64,000 nt of DNA from Mobula hypostoma (GCF_963921235.1 NC_086098.1:2852001-2916000); one strand, 5' to 3'. Shown: positions 1 through 12,999, counted from the stretch's first letter. A program made the numbers and translations. The notes: generated by a model from the letters alone, not told the origin.

Positions 1-379
1 ACTCTCCATTGATATCACCTGAACTATATAGTCACTGTAACCTATTTTTTGAGATGTTAAGTTTGATGTTATTATTCCATTTCCTGTCTGAAGTTGGCCT
101 AGTTATGCAGCTGTACAACATGGCATTGTGCAAGGTTTTATGATGTCTGTTGATAGGTTTATGTTTGTGTGTCCAGGTTTATCATATAAATTGAGAATAT
201 GAAAATAAATGGGGGAGTTTTTGATCTGATATTTTAGTTTGTTGTGCTGTAATGAGACTCTGCTTTTGTACCGATCGACTAACTTAGGGTTAGTAAGTTG
301 TCAGTGTGCTCGGTTGGTGCTAGAAATGTGGCGACACTTGCGAGCTGCCCCCAGCACATTCTCAGACTGTGTTGGCTGT

Positions 380-750
380 TGGCTCTTTGTCCCCTGCCAT
401 CAGGGAGGAGGCTATGTAGCACCCATGCCAGACAACCAGACTCAAAAACAGTTACTTTCCCAAAGCAGTAAGGCTGATCAACACCTCCACTCACTAACCC
501 ACCCCTCCACACCCCCAACCACCACTACTGTATTATTTCCTGTCAGTCACCTTATGCACAGACACTCCTGTGTCTAGCATCACACAATCAATCTATGTAT
601 ACCAGCTATCTTAGGTATTTATATTTATTGTATTTTTTATTATGTTCTTCATCTTATTGTGTTTTTATGTGCTGCATCAGTCCTAGAGTAACAATTATTT
701 CATTCTCTTTTACAGTTGTGTACTGGAAATTACATTAAATAATTTTGAAG
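380..750 (+). mobile_element. Rex1/Babar-type LINE 3' end remnant
   Basis: CCATCAGGGAGGAGGCTA...ACAACCAGACTCAAAAACAGTTACTTTCCC matches the LPSGRRY..TTRL.NS.FP end of the Rex-type copies elsewhere in the window; AT-rich 3' UTR also recurs near 11950-12140 and 33650-33750. Confidence 0.55.
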
Positions 751-869
751 CTTAAATTTTGTTGGTGCAGACGCACATTTCACTATATGCTTCAATGTTT
801 CAATGTACATGTGACAAATAAAACTCTTCTTTTAAATCTTTCATCCTTGATCTCATGAAAAAGACGAAG

Positions 870-1140
870 TTTAAGTATATCAACAGAGCAAGGTTCACCC
901 CAGGTACCCTGAGGACTCTCTGCTCTACGGGCTGTTTCCAGGGATGAACATCAAGTGCTGTTGGAAGATCATCGTCTCGCTGAAAGACTCTCATTGGTCT
1001 GTCCAAAACTCGTTGATCCGCCAGCACTTTGAGATATCTGTGGAGGAATGGCACATTACAACTGCAGGAGAACGTGCTGAGGGACACACTGGAGCTCGGA
1101 GCAGCCACTGCAAGGGTCAGTGGGAAAGGACCACAGTGTC
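870..1140 (+). mobile_element. Tx1-clade LINE ORF2 C-terminal remnant
   Basis: Frameshifted EDSLLYGLFPG / NIKCCWKII.S.KD..WS..N / LQENVLRDTLELGAA...QW.RTTV resembles the Tx1 ORF2 C-terminus. Confidence 0.65.
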
Positions 1141-1284
1141 GGGTTCTTCTCCTACTGGGGCCGGACCGGGTGAAGAAGTCCCTATGTTATTGAGGCTTTG
1201 TACCACCTCAGGAGGACTCATGAGTGGCAGCATTCCCATTGGTTTTAGGGAATTAAATTAAATGTTAGCCTATGAATGTTCAAA

Positions 1285-2290
1285 GTTCAACACACAAAGT
1301 ATATTATCAAAGTAGACCTTTGTCACCACATCCAACCCTGATATTCATTTTCTTGCAGGCATACTCAGTAAATCAAAGAACCACAATAGAATCATTGAAA
1401 GACTGCATTAACTAGCGTGCAAAGTATATAAAACTTCGCAAATACAAAAATAAATCAATAATAATAATAAATAAATAAATATGCAATAAATATCAAGAAC
1501 ATGAGATGAAAAGCCCTTGAAAGTGAGTCCAGAGGTTGTGTGGACGGTTCAGTGATGGGGCAAGTGAAATTGAGTAAAGTTACCCCATCTGGTTCAAGAG
1601 CCTGATGGTTGAGGGGTAATAACTGTTCGTGAAGCTGGTGGTGTGAATCCTAAGGCTCCTGTACCTTCTTCCTGATGGCAGCAGTGAGAAGAGAGTGGTG
1701 TGCGTCCCTGATGATGGATGTTGCTTTCCTGCAACAGCGATTCGTGCAGATGTGCTCAGTGGTGGGAATGCTTTACTCCTGATGGACTGGATTGTATCCA
1801 ATACTTTTTGCAGGAATTTCCATTCAAGGGCATTGGTGTTTCCCTACCAGCTGTAATTCAACCAATCAATATACCTCCCACCACACATCTACAGAACTTT
1901 GTCAAAGTTTTAGGTGTCATGCTGAGTCTTTGCAGACTCCTAAGGAAGTAGAGATGCTACTGTGCTTTCTTTGTAATTACACTTATGTGCTGGGCCCAGA
2001 ACACATCCTCTAAAGCGATGACACTGAGGAATTTTAAATTGCTGACTCTCTCCACCCCTGCTCCCCTCATGGCCCATGGACCTCTGGTTTCCTCCTCCTG
2101 AACTCAATGATCAACTCCTCGGTCTTGTTGACACTGAGTGAGAGGTTGTTCTTATGAGACCACTCGGCCAGGTTTTCAATCTCCCTCCTCTACTGTCTGC
2201 TGTTTTATCACTACCTTTGATTTGGCCAACAGCAAACTTGAATATAGCATTGGAGCTGTGCTTAGCTTCACAGTCACAGGTGTACAGCAA
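1285..2290 (-). mobile_element. Rex1/Babar LINE 3' portion, degraded
   Basis: AKHSSNAIFKFA (ORF 2111-2479) and LFSLLPSGRRYRSL..HTT.F.NSYYPSTIRLLN (ORF 1580-1801), followed by 3' UTR. Confidence 0.75.
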
Positions 2291-3171
2291 GAAGAGCAGG
2301 GGGAATGAAAAGGCATTGCACAGTTTATTCTTGCAAATTTTATCCTTATGAATAATATTTATTTTGGTCAAAAAAAAACACAGATGTGGGTGATGACAAT
2401 GCAATTGCACCAAACTTAGGCCTGCCCAAAACTGAGTGCAACATGTGAGATAAATTGATGTTATGACCAGCGAAAACATGTGAATTTATCCACCTTAGAG
2501 GACCTAGCATGGAAAATAAAACTGTGTATTAGTTAAATGGTGACCTGAGAGTGACTGCAAGTGCTGGAAATTTGGAAATTGCCAAGAGGTGAATGCTGAG
2601 AGGCATTCAGAACCAAAGCCAATATGTTTCTGGACATTATGGAAATCAATAATTATAGGGATGGTTCTGGAAAACCAAAGATCAGCCAAAATCCTATACC
2701 TAACAGAGGCATGCTGGACAGGTATGCATGCTACTCCTGTTCCTATTAAAGGCAATGAGCAGGTTGTGAGGGCAGGGAGTGGGGAGGGAAGAGAAGGTGT
2801 AAATGGGTCACAGGATAAGGGAAAACACAAGGGAAGGTGAGGAAGGGGGAACAGAGGGGAGTGATTGCCAGCATGACACCTGCTGCTGATAACTAAAAAA
2901 CTACTAGAAAAAATGCAGAAGCAATTATACCATAACTACTGGAAAATCTACTGAACAACTACATGCATGTAAGTAATTACTTAAAAATACAAGCAAGCAT
3001 AGGAAAGTTAAACTGAGAAAAATACAAGAAAAATAAATATTCTACACCCCTGTCCAACAAATCTAATCCTCAGCTGTCTGCCAAAACCTTTACCTCACTG
3101 GAGGAACAAGCAAGCAAGAAACCACAGGTCAAAAATGAAGCCAGCACCAATTGCAAGGGTTTGCAACTTAC

Positions 3172-3705
3172 ATTGAGTGGACACTTTATTCGTTAGCCCT
3201 GTACACTTCCTTGTTAACGTGAATATCTAATCAGCCCATTATCCAGCAGCAACTCAATGCATAAAAGCATGCAAATATGAACAAGAGGTTTATTTGTTAG
3301 TCAGACCAACATCAGAATGGGGAAGGAATGTGATCTAAGTGCCTTTGACCATGGAATGGTTGTTGGTGCCATACAGGGTGGTTTGAGTTAGAGGAGTGGT
3401 GTGCAGAATAACACCTCCAAACTCACAACATGTTGAACCTTGAAGTAGATGGGTTTCAGCAGCAGAAGACCTCCATTGTCTTATTAGGTTCTTGATTATT
3501 CAGGGCATCAAAGGTTACAGAGTGAAGGCAGGAAAGTGGGGTTGTGCGGGATAATTAATCGTTCATGAAGGAATGGCTGAGCAGACTCAATAGGCCGAAT
3601 GGCCTAATTGTGCTCCTGTGTTTTATAGTGTAATGGTCCAACACACACTCAGTGGTCATTTTATTAGGTACAGGAGGTACTGAATGAAGTGGCCCCTGAG
3701 GGTAT
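3172..3705 (+). mobile_element. Non-autonomous Tc1-like element, degraded, with a CR1 3' fragment nested at about 3485-3640
   Basis: TIR-like CATTGAGTGGACACTTTATT; ATGGGGAAGGAATGTGATCTAAGTG transposase start; TIR hairpin at 3645-3705. Confidence 0.7.
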
Positions 3706-5119
3706 TTTGGAAATGTGCTACTCTGGGGAAAAAAGTAACTGCCCAAACATTCCTACTTTTCAGCATTAAAACAAATCAAAATTATGAGAAATATGAAATG
3801 GCCACCATCATTTCCAGATGCATAAATCAAAATCCACCCTCAAACAAAAGATGAAATTACAAAGAGAAACGTGAGTTAATAACAGATAATTGACGTGGGC
3901 TTTAAAGAGGCTTAAATAAGTTTATAAAATTCTTTGAGAAATAACAGGAGACTTTAAAGAAATTAGGTGATCATGATTTATGTGGATTTCAAAAGCATTT
4001 GTGGCTGGTAGTTTGATTGTGTAAATCTCCTTTCTTTCTGTCCCACATTTATGAGAATCAATATTTTCCAGAGCATAACTTATTTCCAGCCACTCCTGGA
4101 GTCAGACGTGCTCTAATCATGCTAATCATGCTTGTGCAGCTGAGGCTCAGATGTAAACATGGTTGATGTCTTTCTTTCCATAGAATATTACCAGCAGAAA
4201 TAATGTATTGAGGTACCCAATAAAGTGGTTGCTGAGTGATCTTCTGTTACTATAGCCCATCCAGTTCAAGGTTTGAAAGTACAATCATTATCGTGTATGT
4301 ACACAGTATACAACCTTGAGGTTCGTCCTCCTGCAGGCAGCCATGGGAAAAAGAAACACAATGGAACCCATTTTTAAGAAAATGTCAACCATGCAAAGTG
4401 CGGAAAAAAAAACAAATTGTGCAAACAGTAAAAAGCGAGCAAATAACACACAGAATATTAAACATCATGCCACAGAATTGCTGGAACAGTCCAGGAGCCA
4501 CAGCCATTAGGTCAGTTCAGTTTAGCGTTGTGTTGATGACTGCAAGCCTCAGCCACAGAGCCGGATCCCTGCCGAAGCAACTCAACCAAATCACACAAAC
4601 AGCAAAAGAAACGTGACCAGAAACAGATGAAACATGAACCACAGAGTCCTCCAGAAAAGAATCCATAACCGTGGAGCACATTCAGTGCTGAGGATATTAA
4701 GCATCAAACCATTGACTCCCCCAGAAAAAGAGTCCCACGGCCACGAATCGTGCCAAGGTGATTGAATGAGTAACAACCCCCAGCAGCAGCGAGAGGGAAG
4801 ACAGTCAAACGCCTGTCTGTCTTCTGCTCTCATCCTCGTTCTTTTCAATCTTGCTCAACACTTTCATCAGTGAGGAGTAACGGAGCTAACCGTGGGTTCA
4901 CATTCCACCACTGGGAAACGATGACTGCACACTCTGCACTCAATCTTGCCCAATTCCCCAGCAGACAGCAAAATCACTAGGTCACTCAGTCAGCCCAAGT
5001 ATGCATTATCAAAATAGAAATTACAGGCTGCAGTCAACCACAGTTCAAGAGAAGAAGCATAATTAAAAGAGGAAGTAGAAGCAGTTCCATAAACTATCTG
5101 CAGGATGTTGCTGCTGGTT

Positions 5120-5580
5120 GCTGGTGCCATCTGTTTGACGTTCGATGTGATGTGCATTGAGGGATGCTCTTCTGCACACCACAGATGTGTGGGTATTTGA
5201 GTTACTGTTCCCTTCTTGTCAGCTTGAACCAGTCTGGCCATTTTTCTCTGACCTCTCTCAGTAATAAGGCATTTTTGTCCACAGAACTAGATATTTTTTG
5301 TTTTTGCACCATTCTCTGTAAACTCGAGAGCTGTTGTGTGTGAAAATCTTTTCTGAGATACTCCAACTACACTGTCTAGCACCAACAATCATTTCATGGT
5401 CAAAGTCACTTAGATCACATTTCTGCCCCATTCTGATGTTTGATTGGAGCAATAACTGAACCTCTTGACCATGACTGCATGCTTTTATGCATTGAGCTGC
5501 TGCCATGTGATTGGATGATTAGATAGTTGCATTAATAAGCACGTGTACAGATGTACTTAATAAAGTGGCCACTAAGTGTA
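5120..5580 (-). mobile_element. Non-autonomous Tc1-like element
   Basis: MGQKCDLSDFDHEMIVGAR and MARLVQADKKGTVTQI (paired-like HTH region of Tc1 transposase); TIR TAATAAAGTGGCCACTAAGTG followed by TA at about 5560-5580. Confidence 0.8.
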
Positions 5581-6214
5581 TCTGCAGTTGGACTTTTTTT
5601 AAGATTAACTTTACTTGTCACATGTACATCAAGACATACATTAATTCAAATCACGATTGTGCAGGGCAGCTGCTAAGTGTCACAGACACAGCATGCTCAC
5701 AACTGAGTGATGTTAAGTGTACATCCTTGGACTGTAAGAGGGAACTGGAGCACCCTGAATGAAACCACGCAGTCACGAGGAGAGCGTACAAACTCCTTAC
5801 AGGCAGCAGTGGGAATTGAACCCTGATCGTGGATGTTTTGGTGTCACAAAGAGATGAGTTAGCTGTTATACTAACATACCACCCTGCCCATAAATCGTGT
5901 TATACTTTCAACACAAGCAGAGTTTTTAAAATGCTGTTTATTCTGCAAGATCAGCTGATAAGGTGCCCCTCTCCATTGGTGTCAGGTCAATGGATCTGTG
6001 GAATTTACTCACTTGCCTTTTCTCCTTCAAGCCCCGCCTCACCGGGGTATTGATCACCAAATCAAACAGGATCATCATCCTGAATGAACCAAACCCCATT
6101 GCCCAATCCCTTAGCATCAACCTCATGATCCCCACGGCATCTATCAGTTCACAACGTTCACACTGCAACAGTGCTTACTGACTTCATATGAGTGGCTTTC
6201 TTTACTATAACATA

Positions 6215-6560
6215 CATTGGAACTCAGTCGGTCAGGCAGCATCTATGGAAAAGAGTAAACAGTCGACGTTTCAGGTCATTTCTTGTGCACATACTCAGTA
6301 AATCCATTGATTCCATTATGGCTGTTGAATTTATTGAATACGACCAGGGTTGTATATGGTGACACACATTGTACTTCTACTTTGAACTCTGAGACCTTTC
6401 ATCAAGACTGGAAAGGACAGCGGAAAAGGGGAAATGCAAACTAGAAGGCGAGGCCAGGTGGGTGGGCGAGAGGGGTGAAGTAAGAAGGTGGGAAGTGGCC
6501 GATGGAATAGGTAACGGGCTGAAGAAATCCAGTATCAGCAGGATCTCTTCTGTTTACAGC
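6215..6560. mobile_element. Penelope pLTR fragments
   Basis: GGCAGCATCTATGGAAAAGAGTAAACAGTCGACGTTTC...GAGACCTTTCATCAAGACTGG is similar to the repeat downstream of the GIY-YIG ORF at 61860-62000. Confidence 0.6.
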
Positions 6561-7117
6561 CTTTTTATTTATTGTTTTCCAGAAAATTCTTGTATCCCAC
6601 AGCAAAACAAAGCATTGTGTTAAACTTTTCTTTCTCTGTATGTATTGTATTTATTTTACTTTGGAATTTAATTACTATTTTTGACAGATCTGCTGACTAT
6701 GTTTTAAATTTAAATGCACCCTGGGTTTCCTAAGGATTTTGCTCCAGCAACAATAAATGAACAGCAATATATTTTCAAGTCATCCGTGTCACTGGACCTT
6801 GACCCCAATCTGTCAAGGACCGTGTGGTGGCTGCCCATGCACACTCACAGGCATTCTCCATTAAGGAAACCACTTCAGAGAACTTCATACTCAACTCCAG
6901 AATGAAATTTCCGAGATATGCACCTCAGAGGGGGAGCCTATAGATAGATGTGCTGCCATTTGCTTGTTATCCTTGACTTTCTTGTTGTTGAGGGTCACAG
7001 GACTGAAAGGAACTGTCTCAATATTTTGGAATAGTGTATTTTCATATGGTGTAATTCTGTAAAGCTGCAAGATTTAGTTGCTTGTATTTACAGAACAAAA
7101 CATCTCAATCTTTCATC

Positions 7118-7278
7118 CACGCAAACACGAGGAAATCTGCAGATGCTGGAATTTCAAGCAACGCACATGAAAGTTGCTGGTGAACGCAGCAGGCCAGGCA
7201 GCATCTCTAGGGTCTCGGCCCGAAATGTCGACTATACCTCTTCCTAGAGATGCTGCCTGGCCTGCTGCATTCACCAAT
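7118..7278. mobile_element. Penelope pLTR fold-back (inverted dimer) element
   Basis: GTGAACGCAGCAGGCCAGGCAGCATCTCTAG is mirrored by CTAGAGATGCTGCCTGGCCTGCTGCATTCAC; same family as 22104-22323. Confidence 0.75.
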
Positions 7279-7289
7279 CTTTCATCCAA

Positions 7290-7680
7290 TTCATTATGGG
7301 TGGTGGGTTGGATATACATCTCCACCAAAGGAAGTGTAAGGCACTCTTTCTCTCTGCTAGCCTGCAAGTCACCCTTGGGCAAGGTGTAGCACCTGCTTAG
7401 CCCCCAGATCAGGGTCACGTGAAGCCATGGGAGCAGGTGGTGGTTGGTTGTATGAGCAGCTGGTGCATATCACAAGTCCTGGTTATGCGACCCTGGCAGA
7501 CAATCTCTGAGGAGTATTGTTATAATGGCTGGGGTCACCCATCTTGTAAAGACACTGCCCAGGAGAAAGCAATAGCAAGCCACTTCTGTAGAAAAATTTG
7601 TCAAGAATAATCATGGTCATGGAAAGACCATAATCAGCCATGTCATACGACATGGCGCGATACATAACTGTGATGATGAA
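7290..7680 (+). mobile_element. Probable SINE with RTE/BovB-like 3' tail
   Basis: 3' end GCAATAGCAAGCCACTTCTGTAGAAAAATTTGTCAAGAA...GTCATACGACATGGC...TGATGATGA resembles tails of RTE-mobilised SINEs. Confidence 0.45.
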
Positions 7681-8059
7681 TTCATTACTCTTCAAATATT
7701 AATAATATCATTAATTATCATTTATCTGTGAAACTTTTCACAGATACTTTTAGTTAGTGTTAAACTCCTATTTATTACTCAGTACTCATCACAGAACATA
7801 GAGCACTGCAGCAGAGTACGACACACGATGTTCTGCCAACTCTTATAAACCCAGCTCCATGATATCTTCAGTGTTCCTTTTAGTTAGGACCTCTTAAATC
7901 CAATTTTTGATTCTTTGAAAGCCATCCATTTTAAAAGGTTAGTTTATCAGTCAATTGAGCATCAGAAAACTGTCAATGCTGACATCATTGTCAGAATATA
8001 CTCATTCCAAACTAAATATTACCAAGGAAAAGTCTGTGAACAATTTGAAATTATTGAGA

Positions 8060-9768
8060 TCTATATACTACTAAAATTCTCATGCTCTGTTTGTCTGTCT
8101 GTGACCTTCAATTAGCCCAAACAGTGCATTACAGCAGCACTTTTTTTGACTTAATCAACTTAAAATGCGCTAACTTACAGAATACATGCAAAGTTCAGGG
8201 TTATATATTTGCATAAAATTGCTCACTCGTCAATCAACGTGCCCCGTTTTCCACAACCCGTGCCAATTCCAGCTTTAATGGAAATTGCGACGCGACTCCA
8301 CGACGCATGCGCACAGCCAGCCTCAGCAGCACCTCATGATGCTCACAGCAGCGACACCAACCACAGCAAAAGGGCAGGGCTATCACGTCCATTTAGGAGA
8401 GCACCAACCACATCATCAAGAAAAATCAGCATCCTGGAGGCTTTGGTGTTACTGCTTCGTATCTTCTATCAAGCATTAGGGTAAAAAAATATGGACAGCC
8501 TAATTATGCCGCGTGGAAAGAGAAGGGGGCATTATGGTCAAGAGATGATGCCAAATGTCATTGGGAAGCGGCAAGGAGAGGGAGAGAACAAGAATCGGAT
8601 GAGGCCAGGGCCGCACGACTCCAGGATCAAAGAGTCAGGACAAAAAAAGATGAGAGAAGACAAGACAGAGGAGGACAGGCATGCACGTCTCCAAAATGAC
8701 AACAACAGGCACAGACAGAGAGGAGAACAAGAATCCGATCAGGCCAGGACTGCACGACTCCAAGATCAGAGAGAGAGTGGAAGAGATGAAGAGATGAAGG
8801 ATGAAAGGGATGAAAGAATGAAGGATGAAGGATGAAAGGATGAAAGAATGACAAAAACAGGCAGAGAAGGAGGAAAGAGGAAGAGACAGAGGAGAAAAGG
8901 AAAGATCAACTCGAGAATATGCGGCAAAGAGTAATTATTGCGAGAGTTGCTGAAGACGAAAATGGCTGCTTTTGATGATCTACCCGACATTCGACAATCC
9001 CGCAGAACTGTTCTCGAGGAATTCTATCTTGGTTTCTCTCAATGAAATGATGCAAAAAATAAACTTCACATGCATTAGATGCTTCCCTGGAGTCATAATA
9101 GAATACTGTTCCTTCAATGCCATAAGTGAAGGAGCTAACGCCACTCATTTCCCAACAGAATTCCTTGATTTGGTCGAGCTCTCTGGATTGCCACCACAGA
9201 AACTGGAATTGAAGAGGAGATCTCTCATCATTTCAATTGGAACTTGGGTCCACCAAGGCTTTGCAATGGAACGCGAATGATGGTGGAAGAACTGCACGAC
9301 AATCTCATCGTAGCAAAGATAAACATTGATGTGTTCAAAAATGACATTGTCATGATCTCAAGAATTACTCTCAATTTATCAGAAGAGGAAGATGTCCCTC
9401 TTCAGCGGAGCCTGTTCCTGATACCGTCATGCTTTGCTATGACTATACATAAAGCGCAAGGCCAAACCATGGAGAATGTATTGATTTATCTGGAGAAACC
9501 GGTATTCCAGCATGGTCAGCTGTATGCGGCTTTAAGCCGGGGAAAAAGAAATGAAAACATTAGAGTATTCCTGAAGAGTGGCAGATCAACCAGAAATGTT
9601 GTCATCAGAAGTGTCCTTCGTTAAACGAGGAGGAGCTATCGTTGTCTTGCTACGTGTCTTTCTTCTTTAATAAACTGAGTTTTTCTTCTTTAATTTCCAA
9701 AGCACATCACATCAAACTGCACTACCTTTCTCTTAAATGGTGCCCCAACGGGTCACTGGGTTGTCTAG
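8060..9768 (+). mobile_element. Helitron, internally deleted non-autonomous copy with both termini
   Basis: A|TCTATATACTACTAAAA 5' end; subterminal CCCAACGGGTCACTGGG weak hairpin then CTAG|T; no TSD; contains Pif1 helicase remnant. Confidence 0.88.
8975..9624 (+). pseudogene. Helitron RepHel Pif1-family helicase C-terminal half, frameshifted
   Basis: FPTEFLD..ELSGLPPQKLELK; LCNGTRMMV; FAMTIHKAQGQT; PVFQHGQLYAALSR (Pif1 motifs V and VI); two frames 8972-9280 and 9244-9624. Confidence 0.9.
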
Positions 9769-10070
9769 TATTGTATTAAATCTCAGGGTTGTGTACTGCT
9801 TACATACTTCGATAAATTTACTTTGAATCTTTAAATGTTCTGGAAATTAAAGAGAGATTAGCTTTATTTATCACTGAAACGTGCAGTGAAATACGTCATT
9901 GCATCATCAACCTACACGGTCTGAGGATTGTGCTGAAGGCAGCCCACAAGAGTTGCCACGCTTCCGATACCAACATAGCACGTCCACCACTCACCAACCT
10001 AACCCCATCTGTACACTGTTGGAATGTGCGAGTGAACCAGAGCGTCCAAAAGCAACGCTCAAACTCCTTA

Positions 10071-10186
10071 CACAAACCAGTGGGAGTTGTGTTAATAGCC
10101 ACAAACCAGTGGGAGTTGTGTTAATAGCCACAAACCAGTGGGAGTTGTGTTAATAGCCACAAACCAGTGGGAGTTGTGTTAATAGC
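10071..10186. repeat. Perfect minisatellite, 4 x 29 bp (CACAAACCAGTGGGAGTTGTGTTAATAGC)
   Basis: Identical units start at 10071, 10100, 10129 and 10158, with no spacers. Confidence 0.97.
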
Positions 10187-11454
10187 GGGTCAAAAAATAA
10201 AAGTAGTCTCAAAAATATTCGTTTTTAGAAAGAAAGAAATAAAGTGAAGAAAGAACAATGAAGTTAGAGATTAAAGCACAGATATAGACTAAAATATGCA
10301 TAATACATAAACACCAACATGCATTGACAACGTAAACAGCATTTTAACAAGTTTTTGAAATTGTTTACAGTGCAGTGATTGAGGCAATAGAGGGGGAGGG
10401 TGCATAAGGTGGATTTCATTTTTTATTAATTTCATGAAGTGGTACTGTTTGTCAATTAATGAAGTTGAATAAAGGGAGTATACACTGATGCCACACTGCT
10501 CAAGTGAAGTGTTTGCGGCTGGGAGCGCTATCAAGCCACGTCGCATGGCAGCAGGACATAATGAAGGTTACAATGTTAACTCCACAGCCAGACATACAAA
10601 ATCTCCACCTTTCCAAAGACAACTATTAACAAGCAAGGCAATAATGTCTGCAAATTAGCAAGTTCGAAGTTCATAGTAAATTTATTATCAAGGTGTATAT
10701 GTCACAAAATACTACTCTGAGATTCATTTTCTTGTGGGCATTCACAAAATAGATGCAAAGAAATACAATAGAATCATGAAAAACTACATTGTTGACAAGT
10801 TGTAAATATGACAATGTGTGCCCTGAGAAAGATTCCAGTTTGAAGAACTTCTCACAACGGTTAGGTACTCTTTCCTCCTCTCTCCAAACATATATAAAAA
10901 TCTCTTTTATTAACATTGGTGACAGTGATTTGAGCTGAAAGTCTTCATCCCCACTCCCCTCCATCACGCTACATCCCCCCCCCACCCCCACCATTACTAA
11001 GATCTGGTTTTATCTCCTGCTGTCTCACATCACAATAAAGATGACATGCTAATTAAGTGACTTGTAATTTCCGTGATAGAGAGAGAAGTGCTATAGTCCT
11101 TTCTTTGTGATGTCGGGTTCGTGGGCCCATCTACATAGACAGCAAGGTGGGGGTGGGGTGGGGAGCAGAGATTTTCTGACAACCAACTGAATGGTGCAAA
11201 AGGGGAGAAAGAAGTCACTGATAGTCCTCTACCAGCTTCATGCGAGCTGCTTTTGCTGCTGTGTCCAGATTCATTGTCATTCACAGCTAATTGTTCCATT
11301 AATGTTTATCATGGTGGATCCACCAGGGAGCTGATAAGCTTTTCTGCAACGATATGCACTATCTCACTGATCTTTAAACATTTTGCTCTTTTTTTGTGTT
11401 ACGATGCTCACTATTGCTCCACGTTCACTGTCTCTTTCCCCGTCACCCCAACAG

Positions 11455-11487
11455 CAAAACTACAACTTAATCAAGGCACTGACAATG
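11455..11487 (+). CDS. Candidate 33-nt frame-preserving cassette micro-exon of an unidentified host gene (xKLQLNQGTDNx or QNYNLIKALTM)
   Basis: Branch-like TGCTCAC at 11405, pyrimidine tract TGTCTCTTTCCCCGTCACCCCAACAG acceptor, ATG|GTATGT donor; open in two phases; lies in about 1.1 kb with no recognisable repeat. Confidence 0.45.
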
Positions 11488-12254
11488 GTATGTAAGCAGA
11501 CATAATCAAGCCGCTCGGAAAACGTTCGCAACACAGGGAAGTCATGTGCGAACAGTATAATTGAGACAGTTGGGTTCATTCCACCACCTGCTGTTGGCGG
11601 CTTGGGTTAATTAGAAGTTTACACCAACCAAAATCCAAATGAGGTCCTATTCCTGCTGCTAAGGATGGAAAACAGTTTTTAACCCTTTGTGAGGCTCACT
11701 GCATATGCTTCTGTGCCACTCAAAAATAATTCTCTTTGATAACATAAAGCATTTGTATCCACTTTGTAGAATTCAGCAATGTAAATTACTAATGCCTACT
11801 TGAAGATATACTGTAAAGCCATTTGAGTGCTTACTGGCTAAGAGGCCTGTGATAGTTACTGGCATTTTCAAATGTCCATGAGAGAATAAGTCTTTGACCT
11901 CTGAATTCATGTTTCCAAATTAGTTCTTTAACTCAGCACTTTCCATTAACCAGCCCTCCACACTCCTAACAATCTCTACTTTATCATTTTCAGTTAATCA
12001 CCTTATATTTATTGTGTTTGTTTTATTATTGTGTCCTTTATCTTATAGTGGTTTTTGTGTGCTGCATCAGATCCGGAGTGACATTAATTTTGTTCTCCTT
12101 CACACTTGTGTACTGGAAATGGCATTAAACAAGCTTGAATCTTGAATTCTACATCTTTAGGAATAGCTTCTTCCCCTCTACCATCAGATTTCTGAAATTA
12201 TTTAAATTATATATTTCTTATTCCAGCGTAATGAGCTACATCACTAGCCTAGGA

Positions 12255-12995
12255 GAGAGTGAGCAGCTTCAAGTAGTCATAGTCATAGTCCCTGGGTGTC
12301 AAGATCTCTGAGGATATAACCTGGTCCCGATGTATCGATGTAATTATAAAGAAGTCAAGACAGTGGTTATACTTTATTAGGAGTTTGAAGAAATTTGGCA
12401 TGTCAACAAGTACACTCAAAAACGTCTATAATTGTACGGTGGAGAGCATTCTGACAGGCTGCATCACTGTCTGGTATGGAGGGGCTACTGCACAGGACTG
12501 AAAGAAGCTGCAGAAGGTTGTAAATTTAATCAGCTCCATCTTGGCTACTAGCCTACAAAGTACCCAGGACATCTTCAGGGAGCAATGTCTCAGAAAGGCA
12601 GCGTCCATTATTAAGGACCCCCAGCACCCAGGGCATGCCCTTTCTCACTGTTACCATCAGGCAGGAGATACAGAAGCCTGAAGGCACACACTCAGCGATT
12701 CAGGAACAGCTTCTTCCCCTCTGCCATCTGATTCCTAACTGGACATTGAATCTTTGAACACTACCTCACTTTTTTTTAATGTACAGTATTTCTGTTTTTG
12801 CATGTTTTTTTTTAAATCTATTCAACATATGTAATTGATTTACTTGTTTGTTTATTTATTTATTTATTATTATTATTGTTTTATTTTATTTCTTATTTTT
12901 TTCTCTCTGCTAGATTATGTATCACATTGAACTACTGCTACTAAGTTAACAAATTTCACGTTACATGGCAGTGATAATAAACCTGATTCTGATTC
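12255..12995 (+). mobile_element. Rex1/Babar LINE 3' fragment
   Basis: High similarity to 48560-49240 (ESILTGCITVWYGGATAQD..KLQKVV; LLPSGRRYRSLKAHTQRFRNSFFP); (GATTCT)n tail. Confidence 0.85.
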
Positions 12996-12999
12996 TAAT

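Noticed and set aside
2589..2750. Possible exon ending CAG|GTATGC
   Set aside because: The sequence is a decayed CR1 3' end (AGATCAGCC...CTACTCCTGTTCCTATT).
5938..6181. ORFs with splice-like sites on both strands
   Set aside because: No recognisable protein, and the signals conflict between strands.
8491..8835. Charged 114-aa ORF as a host gene or captured exon
   Set aside because: Lies inside the Helitron termini and resembles the low-complexity RepHel N-terminus.
8972..9624. Host PIF1 gene
   Set aside because: Intronless, frameshifted and bounded by Helitron ends.
10071..10186. CRISPR-like 29-bp repeats
   Set aside because: Units are contiguous with no spacers, there are no cas genes, and the context is eukaryotic.
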